Positions 29,301-37,863 of a stretch of DNA of 64,000 nt are shown here, piece by piece; position 1 is the first letter of the stretch, and every line of letters starts with the position of its first letter. Origin of the DNA: Phoronis australis (Eukaryota > Animalia > Phoronida); contig NMRA01000059.1 of the NCBI GenBank assembly GCA_002633005.1, positions 225,662-289,661 of the forward strand, read 5' to 3'. A program made the position numbers and the translations under genes. Under the pieces are notes generated by a model, which did no database searches, was not told where the DNA came from, and worked only from the letters and a program-made list of their open reading frames with translations.

Positions 29301-32300
29301 ATGTGACAAATGGGAGGCTTTGTGATTGGATATGTGACAAATGGGAGGCTTTGTGATTGGATATGTGACAAATGGGAGGCTTTGTGATTGGGTGATTGGC
29401 ACGTGGGTGTCTCTCTTGATTGCATCACTCAGATAAAGAGGGTTCCATGACAAGAAAACAGGCAAGTGGGTGACAGTGACTAAACGACGACAGATTGAGT
29501 CACTATTCAACATGTTCAGAAATATGCACTAAAACTATAGCACACACACACAAACACACACACACACCTGTGAAAGCGAGTTATGACCAAAACCAAGCAT
29601 CAAAAGAACCAAGACAAAAAGCTACAACCTAAGCTATCCAAACTCCAACTTACTTGCACGACTGTTTTAACACACCCCGTCCGCCAAATTTTGGCATATC
29701 TCTGAAAAATTCAGCACGATATTTTAGCATGACATTCAACCTCAACTTACACGCAGGCTTGTTTCATGGTTCCTGGTCCGCCAAACTTTGGTTTATCTCT
29801 GAAATGATTAGCACAGTCAAGAAGCAGAGCCTGCACTAGGTTCACTGACATTGCGTTAAAAGATCATATTCAAAAATAGACAAGTAAAACTGCAGAGAAC
29901 AACTGGTATGGGCACTAAAGGGAAGTATAACGACGGACTTGAGAGAGGTAAACAATTGAAATAAAAACTCAATAATCATAGTAACGATATGCTACTTTCA
30001 TTTGAAGGAATATGCCAGAGTGCCATTGATTCCATTCAATCTCATCACTTGTTTACTTACAGACAATTTCTGCAGGTGCCACAATCTGGTGTGTTACATC
30101 CTTTACACTGGTTACAACGCATTCGTCGCTTGCGTCTGCCACTTGGTAACCTGGGTGCATTTTCATCAGCAGACAGCCCGACCTTGACCTTGACATCTTG
30201 ACCCACCTGTTCACTGATAGGCACCTCGTCCATGTTGTCTTCTGTAACACAGTATGCTCAACAAAATACAGCGACCTTCACAAACGTGCGCATTGCTTGA
30301 AAGCAGTGCACAGCACAACTACGAAACATGTGCCCATTTAGATCTATGAGTCTCAATATATAAAGATGTGCTTGGATCATTTAGATCTATGAGTCTATAT
30401 ATATGTAAAGATGTGCCTAGATCATTAACTAGACACGTGTCTATATGTGAAACACTTCAGTAAAACCAGGGAACCAACTCATAAACTATTTTGCAAGTGC
30501 AACTTGACTTTTCCTTTAACAATGCTACATGTTGACAATACTCAGTAGGACATACTATTAACATTAGCAAGACAAAGTCTTGATATTAGGCTCAAGACTG
30601 CAATACAAATATAAACATGTGGGCGCATAAAAATAAGACTGCATTGATGGCTCCACATTTCATGAATTTCAAAATTGACCAAAGAAATCCAAAAACAAGG
30701 AGGCAAGCGTAAAAAAGCCAAAGGTGGAGTGAAAGAGGATTGCTCACCCTTTTCCCTGGCATCCTTTTCTATAATTTTATGCTTGTACGTGTCTGGTAGT
30801 GCACTTAGATGGAACTCAGGTTTAGAATCAAACACAGCTGGTGACCCCAGAGCTATGGCTTTCTTACGACACACATGTTTGATCCGTGGTCCTCGACCTA
30901 AAGGAAAATGGAGAATAGACAAGTGGTAACACTAAAATATAGAATGAATATAACAAAGATGATGGGTCACAAAACAACATTATCTAGAAAGCAAGACGGC
31001 TTCAGCACAATTTCCTAGTCCGCATTGTTTTACACATGACTTTGGGACATTAATTACAAATCTATGCTTAGTCAAAATTGTTGGTGCGTTGAATTTCAAT
31101 TCAAAATGAGGTTAAATCGAATAAATCAAATAAGTCTAATGAAAAACTCTGAACTAACTTAACATTATATATTAATACAAACTATAGCAAACAGAAAACA
31201 GACAAAGTAATTTTGAATTCCATAATGTCCAATAATATTAATACGCGTTGAATACATTGTTTCCATATTGAACTCTCAGGACTATTTTTAACAGCGCCCT
31301 CTGCACTCAGACATGGAAAGTACAAAGAGTAGGTCAATGTCGATTCAACGTCGCTAACGGGCTTGATCATAAAACTTTCCAACAATAGCGTAAAGTTCCA
31401 AAATGGCAACACTATAAATAACACTAAACATGCAATCAGGTACCAAACATAACATCTGGTAAAAAACTGTTACTTTTAACACTTCTGTCTCAGTTTTATT
31501 TGTTACAATATATCGTCTGCAACTCAGGTGCCAATCCCTCGGTAACTAAAATGTTGAATATAGATGGTAATTACTTTCAAAAATGTAAGAAGTTCAGTGC
31601 GCAGTTACTGTTGTTGTCATCTTTGTTATCTCTTTTCAAGTCATAAATCATTACATTTAATACTGTTTTTTTACTAAAGTAAACTTATAGCATCACGCGC
31701 AAGTACATACACTACAGGTTCTGATACGCCACATAAAGTCTGGGTGAAGTATTTCAAAAATGTACCAAATAATCAAAGAAACTAAGAGCTTGAAGTATTG
31801 AAGTATAAAGGATGAATGCCTTCGTTCTCAGTCGATAAGTAGAATAAGGTCGAGTGGGATCATGATATTATTTCATTTAGGCCACTCACAGTATGTTTTG
31901 TGTACTTCTAATGAAATGACAAGTATTGTTAATTCAATACCTGAGGAGGCAGATGCCACACTACTGGCNNNNNNNNNNNNNNNNNNNNNNNNNNNNNNNN
32001 NNNNNNNNNNNNNNNNNNNNNNNNNNNNNNNNNNNNNNNNNNNNNNNNNNNNNNNNNNNNNNNNNNNNNNNNNNNNNNNNNNNNNNNNNNNNNNNNNNNN
32101 NNNNNNNNNNNNNNNNNNNNNNNNNNNNNNNNNNNNNNNNNNNNNNNNNNNNNNNNNNNNNNNNNNNNNNNNNNNNNNNNNNNNNNNNNNNNNNNNNNNN
32201 NNNNNNNNNCCATAGGTGGACAAGTACTTGCGGTAAAACTTGCGACAACTGTCACAACTGGGAACACCATAATAGAGGCCATTACTTGACATACACAGCC

Positions 32301-35300
32301 GAAGGTGACCGCACACTGCACATCCCACCCCTGAAAATACGACAGCCACTAAAGTAATTCACAAAGAGTCTTCCCTAGCCCAGGAAGTTGCAAGGTAAGA
32401 ACAGGAAATGGCCGTCAACAAAAAAATTATATTTGCAAATATCTGTCGTTTAAAGAATGTTCACCATTTATTTTTGCATTACTCGAGACATAAACTAGGT
32501 AGACCCGTGTCTAATTATAAAAAATCCTCCACATAACCTTACAGATCAACAAGCACCAAATGATCCTACAGTTCCCCCTGAGGGCCGTAACTGGAACTGA
32601 CACAGAGGTGCTCTACTTTGCAGTGGACAGGACAGGGCAAAATGACATGCATTTCAAAGTCAAACTATGAATAGATCTTACTTTATGTGTTTGAACACAG
32701 TGGATTTGCTCCTCATCAGTTACAAGACAACCAAGAGTCAGTCATGTCACCTGACCACAAACTATAGTTTTGTAAACATCATAAATTCCGTGTTATGTTG
32801 CGTTGGCATAAGAATGACATTCAAGCAGAATTGTGATCCAGGATAGTCAACAATACAAACTAGACAATAGCTAGTAAAACTGCAACAGCACAGTGCCCAT
32901 GTGTCAATTACATCCAACAGCACTGTGCCCATGTGTCATTTACATCCAACAGCACTGTGCCCATGTGTCATTTATTTACATCCAACAGCACTGTGCCTAT
33001 GTGTCATTTAGATCCTGTTACAGCTGTACATGCACAGACAATGTCACGTTTTCAACACAGGTTGATGACAAGTGAAAGCACTGGATCACAGTCCAATATT
33101 TGAAAAGCGCGAGTTTTTCTGCCCTTCTTCAAGATGATTGAAATACAGGTATGTGCACTTTTTATTCATTGGCTCTAAAAAACATTCTGAGCAAAGTGAA
33201 CCTAATGTACAAGTAGACATAAGTAACTTAGTTGTTAGAATTGTAAGAGGAAAATTAGGGTGTGAAAACATGATGAAAAGTTTGAACCATCAGATTCAAC
33301 GTCAGTTATACTGGTGAAGTACTTATTGATTATAAGTTAATATTTTTCAGGAAACGATGCAGTGGAACCACGTCATGTGGCTCCCTCTATTGCACATCAT
33401 TCAGTGTTCTCCAAGACCGCTTTCAATGTGTCGCAGCGTCCTGTTTGGCCGAAGGCACATCCTGTTTAAATGCCCCGCGTCCTGTTTAAAAATGCCGCGA
33501 CCGATTTAAAAATTAGACCAGTTTGGAAAAATGGCGTCGGCATTGTTAATAAGGTCTTCATTGGCTCAAACAATGCTTGACAGCAACTGCCCATAGCCCA
33601 TTGAAAATGATAAATAAGAGCTAAGTGGTCAATTGTCGAAAAAATAATCACGAATCTAGCTCAAGCGGCAGACTGGGCCGCTCGTCTATTTATGGTGCAA
33701 TGTCGCTTGTAAATAATTGCTCAATCATCTTTTGGGTGACCCGAATTTTATTTTCGTAGTACATTTTTCAATATTCCGTGGGCCCCACGACACTGGTCTG
33801 ACTTACCGACGCCAGTCTCAACCTTTGCATGGAAACGCTTTTGATGACTCTTATTGGTTGTTGTTTGGCATTTCTCACTTGGATGAATATTATTGGTTAC
33901 TATTGGTGCATTGAGACAGATTGAGCTCATCTTATTGCCTTCTAGGGAGTTTTGTTGGCAGCTTGAGCATTATATCTGTAGCCCATACTCCCTCTGAAAA
34001 CCTGCTAAGCCAATCGCAACTAACTCACCTTACGTAGCGGCGTGTGCGACGTTTGCGGTTTCGGGGGAGTAATGCCGAGATTTGAGACAGCTAGTTCAAT
34101 AATATATGTCTCGCGGTGAGAAACTGTAGCCAAAATCACGTGCTCTCATTGAAAGCGCACGGTAATATCTTGCGTAATCTCGCAAAGTCTAGTCTGGCTT
34201 CAGTTACTGATTAACATGCACATTCTACATACTTAGTAATGTCGTCTGCCGTGTGAAGGCGTAGAAAGACTGCGAAGAATCATTTTAAAAACCGAGAGAT
34301 GTTTCAGATATTGACAATGACTCACACGCCGATAAGACAGATCCACATGGTGGCGACACTACCAAATCGCAAATATCCGTGCCATTAACGGTGGACTGAA
34401 TTTTTTTCAACTGACAACATCCAACATCGGCATTCTTACAATTCTCTTGAACTTGAGAATAAATAGTTCTCAGCTGGAACAATGAGTTGGTGACAATCCT
34501 GAAAATTGTGGGAATGCCGGAGTTGCAAGTGTATAACAATCCAGTCGATATCTTTCTAGAAATATTGCTTTTCATCAACAGGCCTAACACTCCTGTCCAT
34601 GTAAATGGAAAACGCACGTTTACTCCACTTTATTCATGATGCAAGACTCGCATATTGTGCACTTTTTACAAGAATTTTGGTGGTGCACAGGTTTAGTGTT
34701 GTACCAACTTCAGAACATCGAATTCAGACAGACAATGTGGGCCGGAGTATTGAATATAAGAATGCTGTGCAAGACATTAGACTGAGAGAAAACGTAGACT
34801 TGGCTGTCAACACATATAAAAATGCGACTGGCTTTACCAAGACACTTCACTCGGACGGTCTACTTCGTGGGAAAAGTTTAGCTCAATGTTAGACTTTTTG
34901 GACTTGGTTGACAGTGACATCACAAGAATTAAGCAAAATATTTCCGCATACTGTTTCAAACACGTCTGCGTAGACTTGCATTTCAAAGTCATTGACTAAA
35001 CAAATGTTTTTTGTGATATGTTTGTGAATAAGTCCACTGCCACCTTTTAAAAATAAAAAGTTGAACAAACATAGTTATTTTTTGCACTACTGTGCATTAC
35101 TAGCCTACTGAGAGCGTTGACTGTCGCGCGGTTCTGGCATGTTTGTAGCAGTTTTTACGCGCACGACCTGCTTAGATTTTCAGATGTGGAGAACACAGTG
35201 ATTAAAATCAAGTAAGATATGATCACAAGCTTTCAATAGTTTTGATTGAACAGCTACACAACAATCTGAACCATTTTTGGACGTTTGTACAATGAGAACG

Positions 35301-37863
35301 CTATCAAGATCTAACAATTAACTCTGCTTAGTAAGTATGAGAAGTACGTCATCTCACCCTCATGGGACAGATTACTCTTCGCGGCTCCTTTCACTACAGT
35401 CTTGTCTGACTGCACCTGTGTTTTTTTCTTCAGCAGTTGTTGTTTCGCCTTCTGAACAATCTTCAAGTATTTTTTGCTACCACATCGCTTCTCGTCTACT
35501 TTCCTTGTTGTTGCTGTTTCCCGGGCAAACCGAATCGCTGAATTTTCATCCAAAACCTGTGTGAAAAATAAGCAGTTGCAGTCACAAAACACAGAACTTT
35601 AGGTAACACTCACTCGCTCTGAAAAATGAACAAAACAATGTTTAGTGAACATGATTATGCTTTGAATAAATCAAAGTAATTTGTACATAAGTCAATGGTT
35701 TTGTCCAAATCTATTCTAACTTCACCTCTTTCCGTTTTCCAGATTTTCGTTTATAAAGTTCTGGAGCACCAGTGGTCAACTTGTTCACCAATTTCACAGA
35801 AGGCTTCCTTGACCTTTTGCCCTCAGCAACATGTGGAGAGTCCAGTAATGTAATGGAATTCTGTTCATCATAAACAAATAATTTAGATGACTTCTCAGGT
35901 GTTGTGCTGTTTCCAATGGATACATCCAAGTTGTCTGAGAGTGGCTTCACTCGAGTGAACACAGACCGAGACTTAAACTCTTCCTCAATAAAACGCTTTG
36001 ATGGAATTATCGTCCTTGATGACCGTGAACTTTTTTCGGGAAGAACAAATTTATGAGGGGTCCTTTTGTGTACAATTGTTGGTGATGGACCATCTGGCCC
36101 ACTCTTATGCTGTGCTTTAGTCTTAGCCAGTTTGTTGTACTTATCACCAATCTTCTTGCCAGGAAGGACTCCCTTAGCAGATTTATTTTCCAAATATTTT
36201 CCAGGCACTTTTTGTAATCTCTGCAACTTTTTCTTCTCTTTGAGTTTGAGCTGCTTTGCCAACTTAGCCCTTGTATTTTCCTTCAACTGTTTCTTCATTT
36301 TCTGCATCTTCTTACGTTTAAGTCTCTTGACTTGCTCAGAAGATTCAAAATCTGAATCAGATTCAAGTTGATACAACACTGCCTTGACTGATTTCTTCTT
36401 CTTTTTCTTTTTGTGTTTTTTATCTTCTTTCTTATACTTTGAAATCAAATTACTCAACTTTTCATGCTTTTTAAACACCAACCCTGGCTGTTTGACTTTG
36501 TACTTGGCCTTGAATATTTGCTTTTGAGGTTTAACTCGTGTCTGTGTTGTGGGATCACTAATGTCTATCATGGAACACTTGACAACACCCTTTCTAGCCT
36601 TCTGGGCCAGACCTTCTTCAATCAATCTTTTATAAGACTTTTGCATGCGTTTCCTTTTGCCATCTGGTGTCGGCTGCAGTTGGAGCTTTTCCAATTCAGG
36701 ATCTTCCTCATCATCAGTTATTTCAACCATTTTCTCGGCCATTTTGTACATCATGTTCAGACGTTTTTCACTCTGCCGAATTTCCAAATCAGTGAATCCA
36801 ACAAACTCATCTTCCTGCAAAATATACAAATGATTAATGTGCATGTAATCCTTTTAACACGTTTACAACAATGGGAATTAAAATGTAACTAAAGTCAGTT
36901 TTTAATGATATTCCTTGCTGTTCTACCAGTCATTCCATTAGTCACTCCTGTACTGCAAGCTGCTTACAATCACCCTTTGGATAAAAAGAGAATTACTTTG
37001 AGTTATGACCACTTTTGGATATAACATTGGTCTCAACTCGTTCCTTGAACTCAGATGAGTAATGATATATTGGCTATAGTGACAATTGTGTAGTGAGACC
37101 ATGCTGTGTTAGTCTTCCTATAGTTATCTGGCCTGGCTAGTGTTGTATCACCAGCACATAATAATGTTGTAGACGTGCTTCTAGTGAATCATGTCAGCCT
37201 CCGTTAGCCACTCACTAATGGGCAATTGAATGGTTAGCAAGCTTGCCAATTTTATTGGGGTCTCTGCTCTGGTTCAACGCGTAATCTCGGAAAATACTAC
37301 AATAGCACAAAACCCGGCCATTACACTCCTTTCCTTTAGACTGTCTATGGTGCATTCACTGCAGAGACTTTTCTAACAGGGTTGACATATTTTGTTGTAG
37401 GTGCAGTGATCTAGGCCCAGTTGCTACGTGCTCTCACAAGGATGATTGAAATAAACATGCAGAAATGAGAAATTAATTCACCAGACGTAGACGATATTTT
37501 TCGTCTTGATTAAAGTGAGCAACGTAAAGTAACTTTGATCTTAGAATGATGAAAGGGGGATAAACATTGTAGTGAAACATAGTTGAAAATCCATCGAGCA
37601 CAACTTCAATAATTCATTCATCTCTATCACTCAATAAACCATCAACTGGTCAACTGTCTCACTGAAAACGGGCCCAACACCATGGGAGACTTTACCTCAT
37701 CTGAAGCACCAAATAGTTCATAAAACGTAACAAGACCACGATGCACATTAATCAAGATTTCAGTCTTCCCATCTGCCGATTTTAAGCCATCATCGACAAC
37801 GTATTTGGGGTCAGTTCTGTCAAATCTCGGACCAGGTCGGCCAGGAAAACGTAAGCTCGCCAT
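501..37863 (-). CDS. trx: Trithorax / MLL1-2 (KMT2A/B-type) histone H3K4 methyltransferase gene, multi-exon, 3'-truncated at the window edge (FYRC/SET not in window)
   Basis: 33 GT-AG exons with continuous phase. Diagnostic motifs in order: RFPGRP (menin-binding), FxGF (LEDGF-binding), GPRIKHVCR, CXXC with KFGG, PHD1-3, atypical bromodomain, ePHD (WVHVNCALWSAEV), FYRN. Confidence 0.97.
1509..1643 (-). CDS. trx: trx exon 31 (KARPTHKS...DKRP)
   Basis: tttcag|G and AG|gtattg, phase 2-2. Confidence 0.72.
2016..4651 (-). CDS. trx: trx exon 30: AT-hooks (RGRPPK, AGRPRK) and large P/S/T-rich region
   Basis: 884-aa ORF; ttccag|AAC and AG|gtgggt. Confidence 0.9.
4774..4900 (+). mobile_element. Possible tRNA-derived SINE head
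   Basis: A-box-like TGGCTCAGCAG and B-box-like GGTTCAAGTTC about 45 nt apart; does not form a full tRNA. Confidence 0.4.
5442..5680 (-). CDS. trx: trx exon 29: C2HC zinc finger (FRCSKCQAEYRTKQSRDRHAQSC)
   Basis: cattag|GC acceptor; donor AAG|gtgatt at 5442, with an in-frame alternative GAG|gtgagg at 5556. Confidence 0.82.
6352..6408 (-). CDS. trx: trx exon 28 (SAKKDAKCDAEDEECEQE), putative
   Basis: ttgtag|TT and G|gtaatg, 57 nt, phase 1-1. Confidence 0.65.
6959..7330. other. Assembly gap (N run)
   Basis: Run of N. Confidence 1.
7331..7812. mobile_element. Helentron-associated (HINE/DINE-1-like) non-autonomous repeat
   Basis: CCACTAGGTGGC and AAATTTCATGAAAATCC modules, (GGAC)n microsatellite, terminal hairpin TGCGTCCACATAT..ATATGTGGGCGCA followed by an A-run. 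Confidence 0.55.
8128..8184 (-). CDS. trx: trx exon 27 (LRASAVRLAEEVDENILK), putative
   Basis: tttcag|GA and G|gtttgt, 57 nt, phase 1-1. Confidence 0.6.
8200..8455. repeat. 28-bp tandem repeat
   Basis: Unit AACCATATCTTACAAAGG(T/A)GATATTG(A/G)T, about 9 copies. Confidence 0.9.
9290..12283 (-). CDS. trx: trx exon 26: large low-complexity exon (about 998 aa)
   Basis: 1037-aa ORF; tttacag|AT and G|gtaaga; phase 1-1. Confidence 0.9.
12567..12805 (-). CDS. trx: trx exon 25: FYRN (CARVYWSTSDFRRRTVYTCRV)
   Basis: ctccag|C acceptor; donor G|gtactt inferred from the phase of the next exon. Confidence 0.88.
13290..13368 (-). CDS. trx: trx exon 24: FYRN (GSLTVECLG...LIPVGF)
   Basis: tatacag|GT and AG|gtagga; a duplicated acceptor lies 30 nt upstream. 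Confidence 0.92.
13657..13777 (-). CDS. trx: trx exon 23: ePHD-FYRN linker (FSVLRRVCIN)
   Basis: ttgtag|CCA and G|gtatgt, 121 nt. Confidence 0.9.
13937..14095 (-). CDS. trx: trx exon 22: ePHD/PHD4 (RCNVC...GATVGCC...NFHFMCS)
   Basis: attcag|AGG and CAG|gtaagc, 159 nt. Confidence 0.96.
14298..14340. repeat. (AAT)n microsatellite
   Basis: Direct reading. Confidence 0.95.
14430..14785. repeat. About 32-36-bp tandem repeat
   Basis: Unit ACACTGAGTGAGTGTTCATTCAAAGA(T/C)CAGA. Confidence 0.9.
14795..14932 (-). CDS. trx: trx exon 21: ePHD (EAGRLLY...WVHVNCALWSAEV)
   Basis: ttacag|GAA and TTG|gtaaga, 138 nt. Confidence 0.96.
15141..15435. repeat. 50-bp tandem repeat, about 6 copies
   Basis: GTGAGCAAGG recurs every 50 bp from 15141 to 15391. 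Confidence 0.95.
15600..16140. mobile_element. Second copy of the HINE-like repeat family
   Basis: CCAAATTTCCTGAAAATC, GGACGGAC and GCATAATGCGCCCAC motifs shared with 7331-7812. Confidence 0.45.
16469..16608 (-). CDS. trx: trx exon 20: start of ePHD (DNRRCLLC...GD)
   Basis: atttag|CC and AAT|gtaagt. Confidence 0.9.
16852..17000 (-). CDS. trx: trx exon 19 (NAILPPTVDHTYAQW)
   Basis: cttcag|A and G|gtgagc; conserved MLL motif. Confidence 0.92.
17396..17469 (-). CDS. trx: trx exon 18 (QMANVFPWF)
   Basis: ttgcag|CAA and CC|gtaagt; resembles MLL1 QMERVFPWF. Confidence 0.92.
18180..18525. repeat. About 27-bp tandem repeat
   Basis: Unit ACTGATGTGTACACAGTCCTAGTTATA. Confidence 0.9.
18592..18702 (-). 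CDS. trx: trx exon 17: bromodomain (EQFNDDLVRIIQ...VRSMFIK)
   Basis: ccacag|GAA and AAG|gtttgt, 111 nt. Confidence 0.92.
18865..19080. repeat. About 19-20-bp tandem repeat
   Basis: Unit CATTAACATGATGAGC(T/A)TT. Confidence 0.9.
20197..21084 (-). CDS. trx: trx exon 16: long low-complexity bromodomain loop insertion ending PYDLQTVMNKALLGLYTTV
   Basis: tttcag|TTG and GTG|gtgagt, 888 nt. Confidence 0.9.
21569..21771 (-). CDS. trx: trx exon 15: end of PHD3 and start of atypical bromodomain
   Basis: DEMYEILSYLPE...YTCKNC matches MLL1; ttgcag|AT and GTG|gtgagt. Confidence 0.94.
22082..22201. repeat. 30-bp tandem repeat, 4 copies
   Basis: Unit TTATGATCCAACAGAGGTCACTCTACTAGT. Confidence 0.95.
22325..22445. 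repeat. 43-bp tandem repeat containing the exon 14 end and donor site
   Basis: Copies start at 22325, 22368, 22411. Confidence 0.92.
22416..22529 (-). CDS. trx: trx exon 14: PHD3 (GNYCPICCKCYSDDDWESKMVQCAKCEAWVHAKCE)
   Basis: tgacag|GT and G|gtatgt, 114 nt. Confidence 0.95.
22518..22775. repeat. About 49-56-bp tandem repeat derived from the exon 14 acceptor region
   Basis: Unit AATATACAGCAGAGTTGACTAACATCTACTCACAATGAGGCAG, about 5 copies. Confidence 0.9.
23236..23350 (-). CDS. trx: trx exon 13: end of PHD2 and Cys-rich linker (VCSKCVKCRSCGATTPG)
   Basis: tctcag|GTG and G|gtgagt, 115 nt. Confidence 0.95.
23857..23949 (-). CDS. trx: trx exon 12: PHD2 (LLQCDRCHEHYHPQCLGP)
   Basis: tttcag|AAA and TGG|gtaagt, 93 nt. 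Confidence 0.95.
24458..24695. repeat. 62-bp tandem repeat containing the exon 11 GTAAGT donor, 4 copies
   Basis: ACTTAC at 24501, 24563, 24625, 24687. Confidence 0.92.
24693..24830 (-). CDS. trx: trx exon 11: PHD1/PHD2 (CSICCEPFHEFCL...WCCRQCRYCSVCG)
   Basis: ttatag|TTT and AAT|gtaagt, 138 nt. Confidence 0.95.
25184..25294 (-). CDS. trx: trx exon 10: start of PHD1 (LCYLCGSAG)
   Basis: ctgtag|GAT and CAG|gtaagt, 111 nt. Confidence 0.93.
25576..25704 (-). CDS. trx: trx exon 9 (...EHKIMANFK)
   Basis: ttacag|GCA and AAG|gtgatt, 129 nt; resembles MLL pre-PHD1 HRIRVDFK. Confidence 0.85.
26146..26449 (-). CDS. trx: trx exon 8: last Cys of CXXC (LRLCTNP) plus linker
   Basis: Phase-2 entry at ctttaaag|T, open for 101 codons to CTA|gtgagt. 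Confidence 0.82.
27186..28839. mobile_element. Internally deleted Kolobok-type DNA transposon
   Basis: TIRs AGGAG(A/C)ATGCCACCC at both ends, TTAA on both flanks (27182-85, 28840-43), degenerate THAP domain on + strand and KolX-like ORF start on - strand. Confidence 0.85.
27359..27552 (+). pseudogene. Degenerate THAP zinc-finger fragment of the Kolobok transposase
   Basis: MLRCIVPACLN...GIS / FRLP*ETEMLRKWL...LRVCG, with a frameshift and a stop. Confidence 0.75.
29293..29390. repeat. 31-bp tandem repeat, 3 copies
   Basis: Unit GATTGGATATGTGACAAATGGGAGGCTTTGT. Confidence 0.9.
29654..29701 (-). CDS. trx: trx exon 7b: CXXC DNA-recognition loop variant B (DMPKFGGRGVLKQSC-N)
   Basis: 48 nt; gaatttttcag| acceptor; AA|gtaagt donor; phase 2-2. 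Confidence 0.88.
29751..29798 (-). CDS. trx: trx exon 7a: CXXC DNA-recognition loop variant A (DKPKFGGPGTMKQAC-V)
   Basis: 48 nt; tgctaatcatttcag| acceptor with branch-point-like CTAAT; GT|gtaagt donor; phase 2-2. Confidence 0.9.
30061..30241 (-). CDS. trx: trx exon 6: N-terminal half of CXXC zinc finger
   Basis: Hand translation RRKRRMRCNQCKGCNTPDCGTCRNCL; donor CT|gtaagt, phase 2. Confidence 0.93.
30748..30897 (-). CDS. trx: trx exon 5: SNL2-like motif
   Basis: GRGPRIKHVCRKKAIALG...LSALP matches the MLL motif; tttag|GT and G|gtgagc. Confidence 0.93.
31941..32330 (-). CDS. trx: trx exon 4 (spans N gap): nuclear-receptor-type C4 zinc finger
   Basis: CAVCGH...YYGVPSCDSCRKFYRK; ttttcag|GG acceptor; frame resumes after the gap to CAG|gtattg. 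The gap could hide an intron. Confidence 0.75.
31969..32209. other. Assembly gap (N run) inside trx exon 4
   Basis: Run of N. Confidence 1.
32884..33010. repeat. About 31-bp tandem repeat
   Basis: Unit CATCCAACAGCACTGTGCCCATGTGTCATTTA. Confidence 0.85.
33402..35198. mobile_element. Probable hAT-type DNA transposon relic
   Basis: Ends CAGTGTTCTCCA / TGGAGAACACAG (near-perfect TIR); internal decayed CCTNFRTS motif resembling the zinc finger of ZNF862-like hAT transposases; no clear TSD. Confidence 0.5.
35358..35556 (-). CDS. trx: trx exon 3 (KIVQKAKQQL)
   Basis: acag|GTT acceptor, G|gtgaga donor, phase 0 to 1. Confidence 0.85.
35726..36814 (-). CDS. trx: trx exon 2: EDEFVGF LEDGF-binding motif, Lys-rich region, SNL1-like motif
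   Basis: ttgcag|GAA acceptor, GAG|gtgaag donor, 1089 nt; KFVLPEKSSRSSRTIIPSKRFIEEE resembles MLL1 SNL1. Confidence 0.92.
37696..37863 (-). CDS. trx: trx exon 1: MASLRFPGRPG... menin-binding motif and start of LEDGF-binding region
   Basis: ATG at 37863; RFPGRP resembles MLL1 RFPARP; donor GAG|gtaaag, phase 0. Confidence 0.93.

Noticed and set aside
29545-29600. TTTCACAG|GTGTGT as a recursive splice site downstream of exon 7b
   Set aside because: The GT belongs to a (GT)n microsatellite and the intron is short; chance match is likely.
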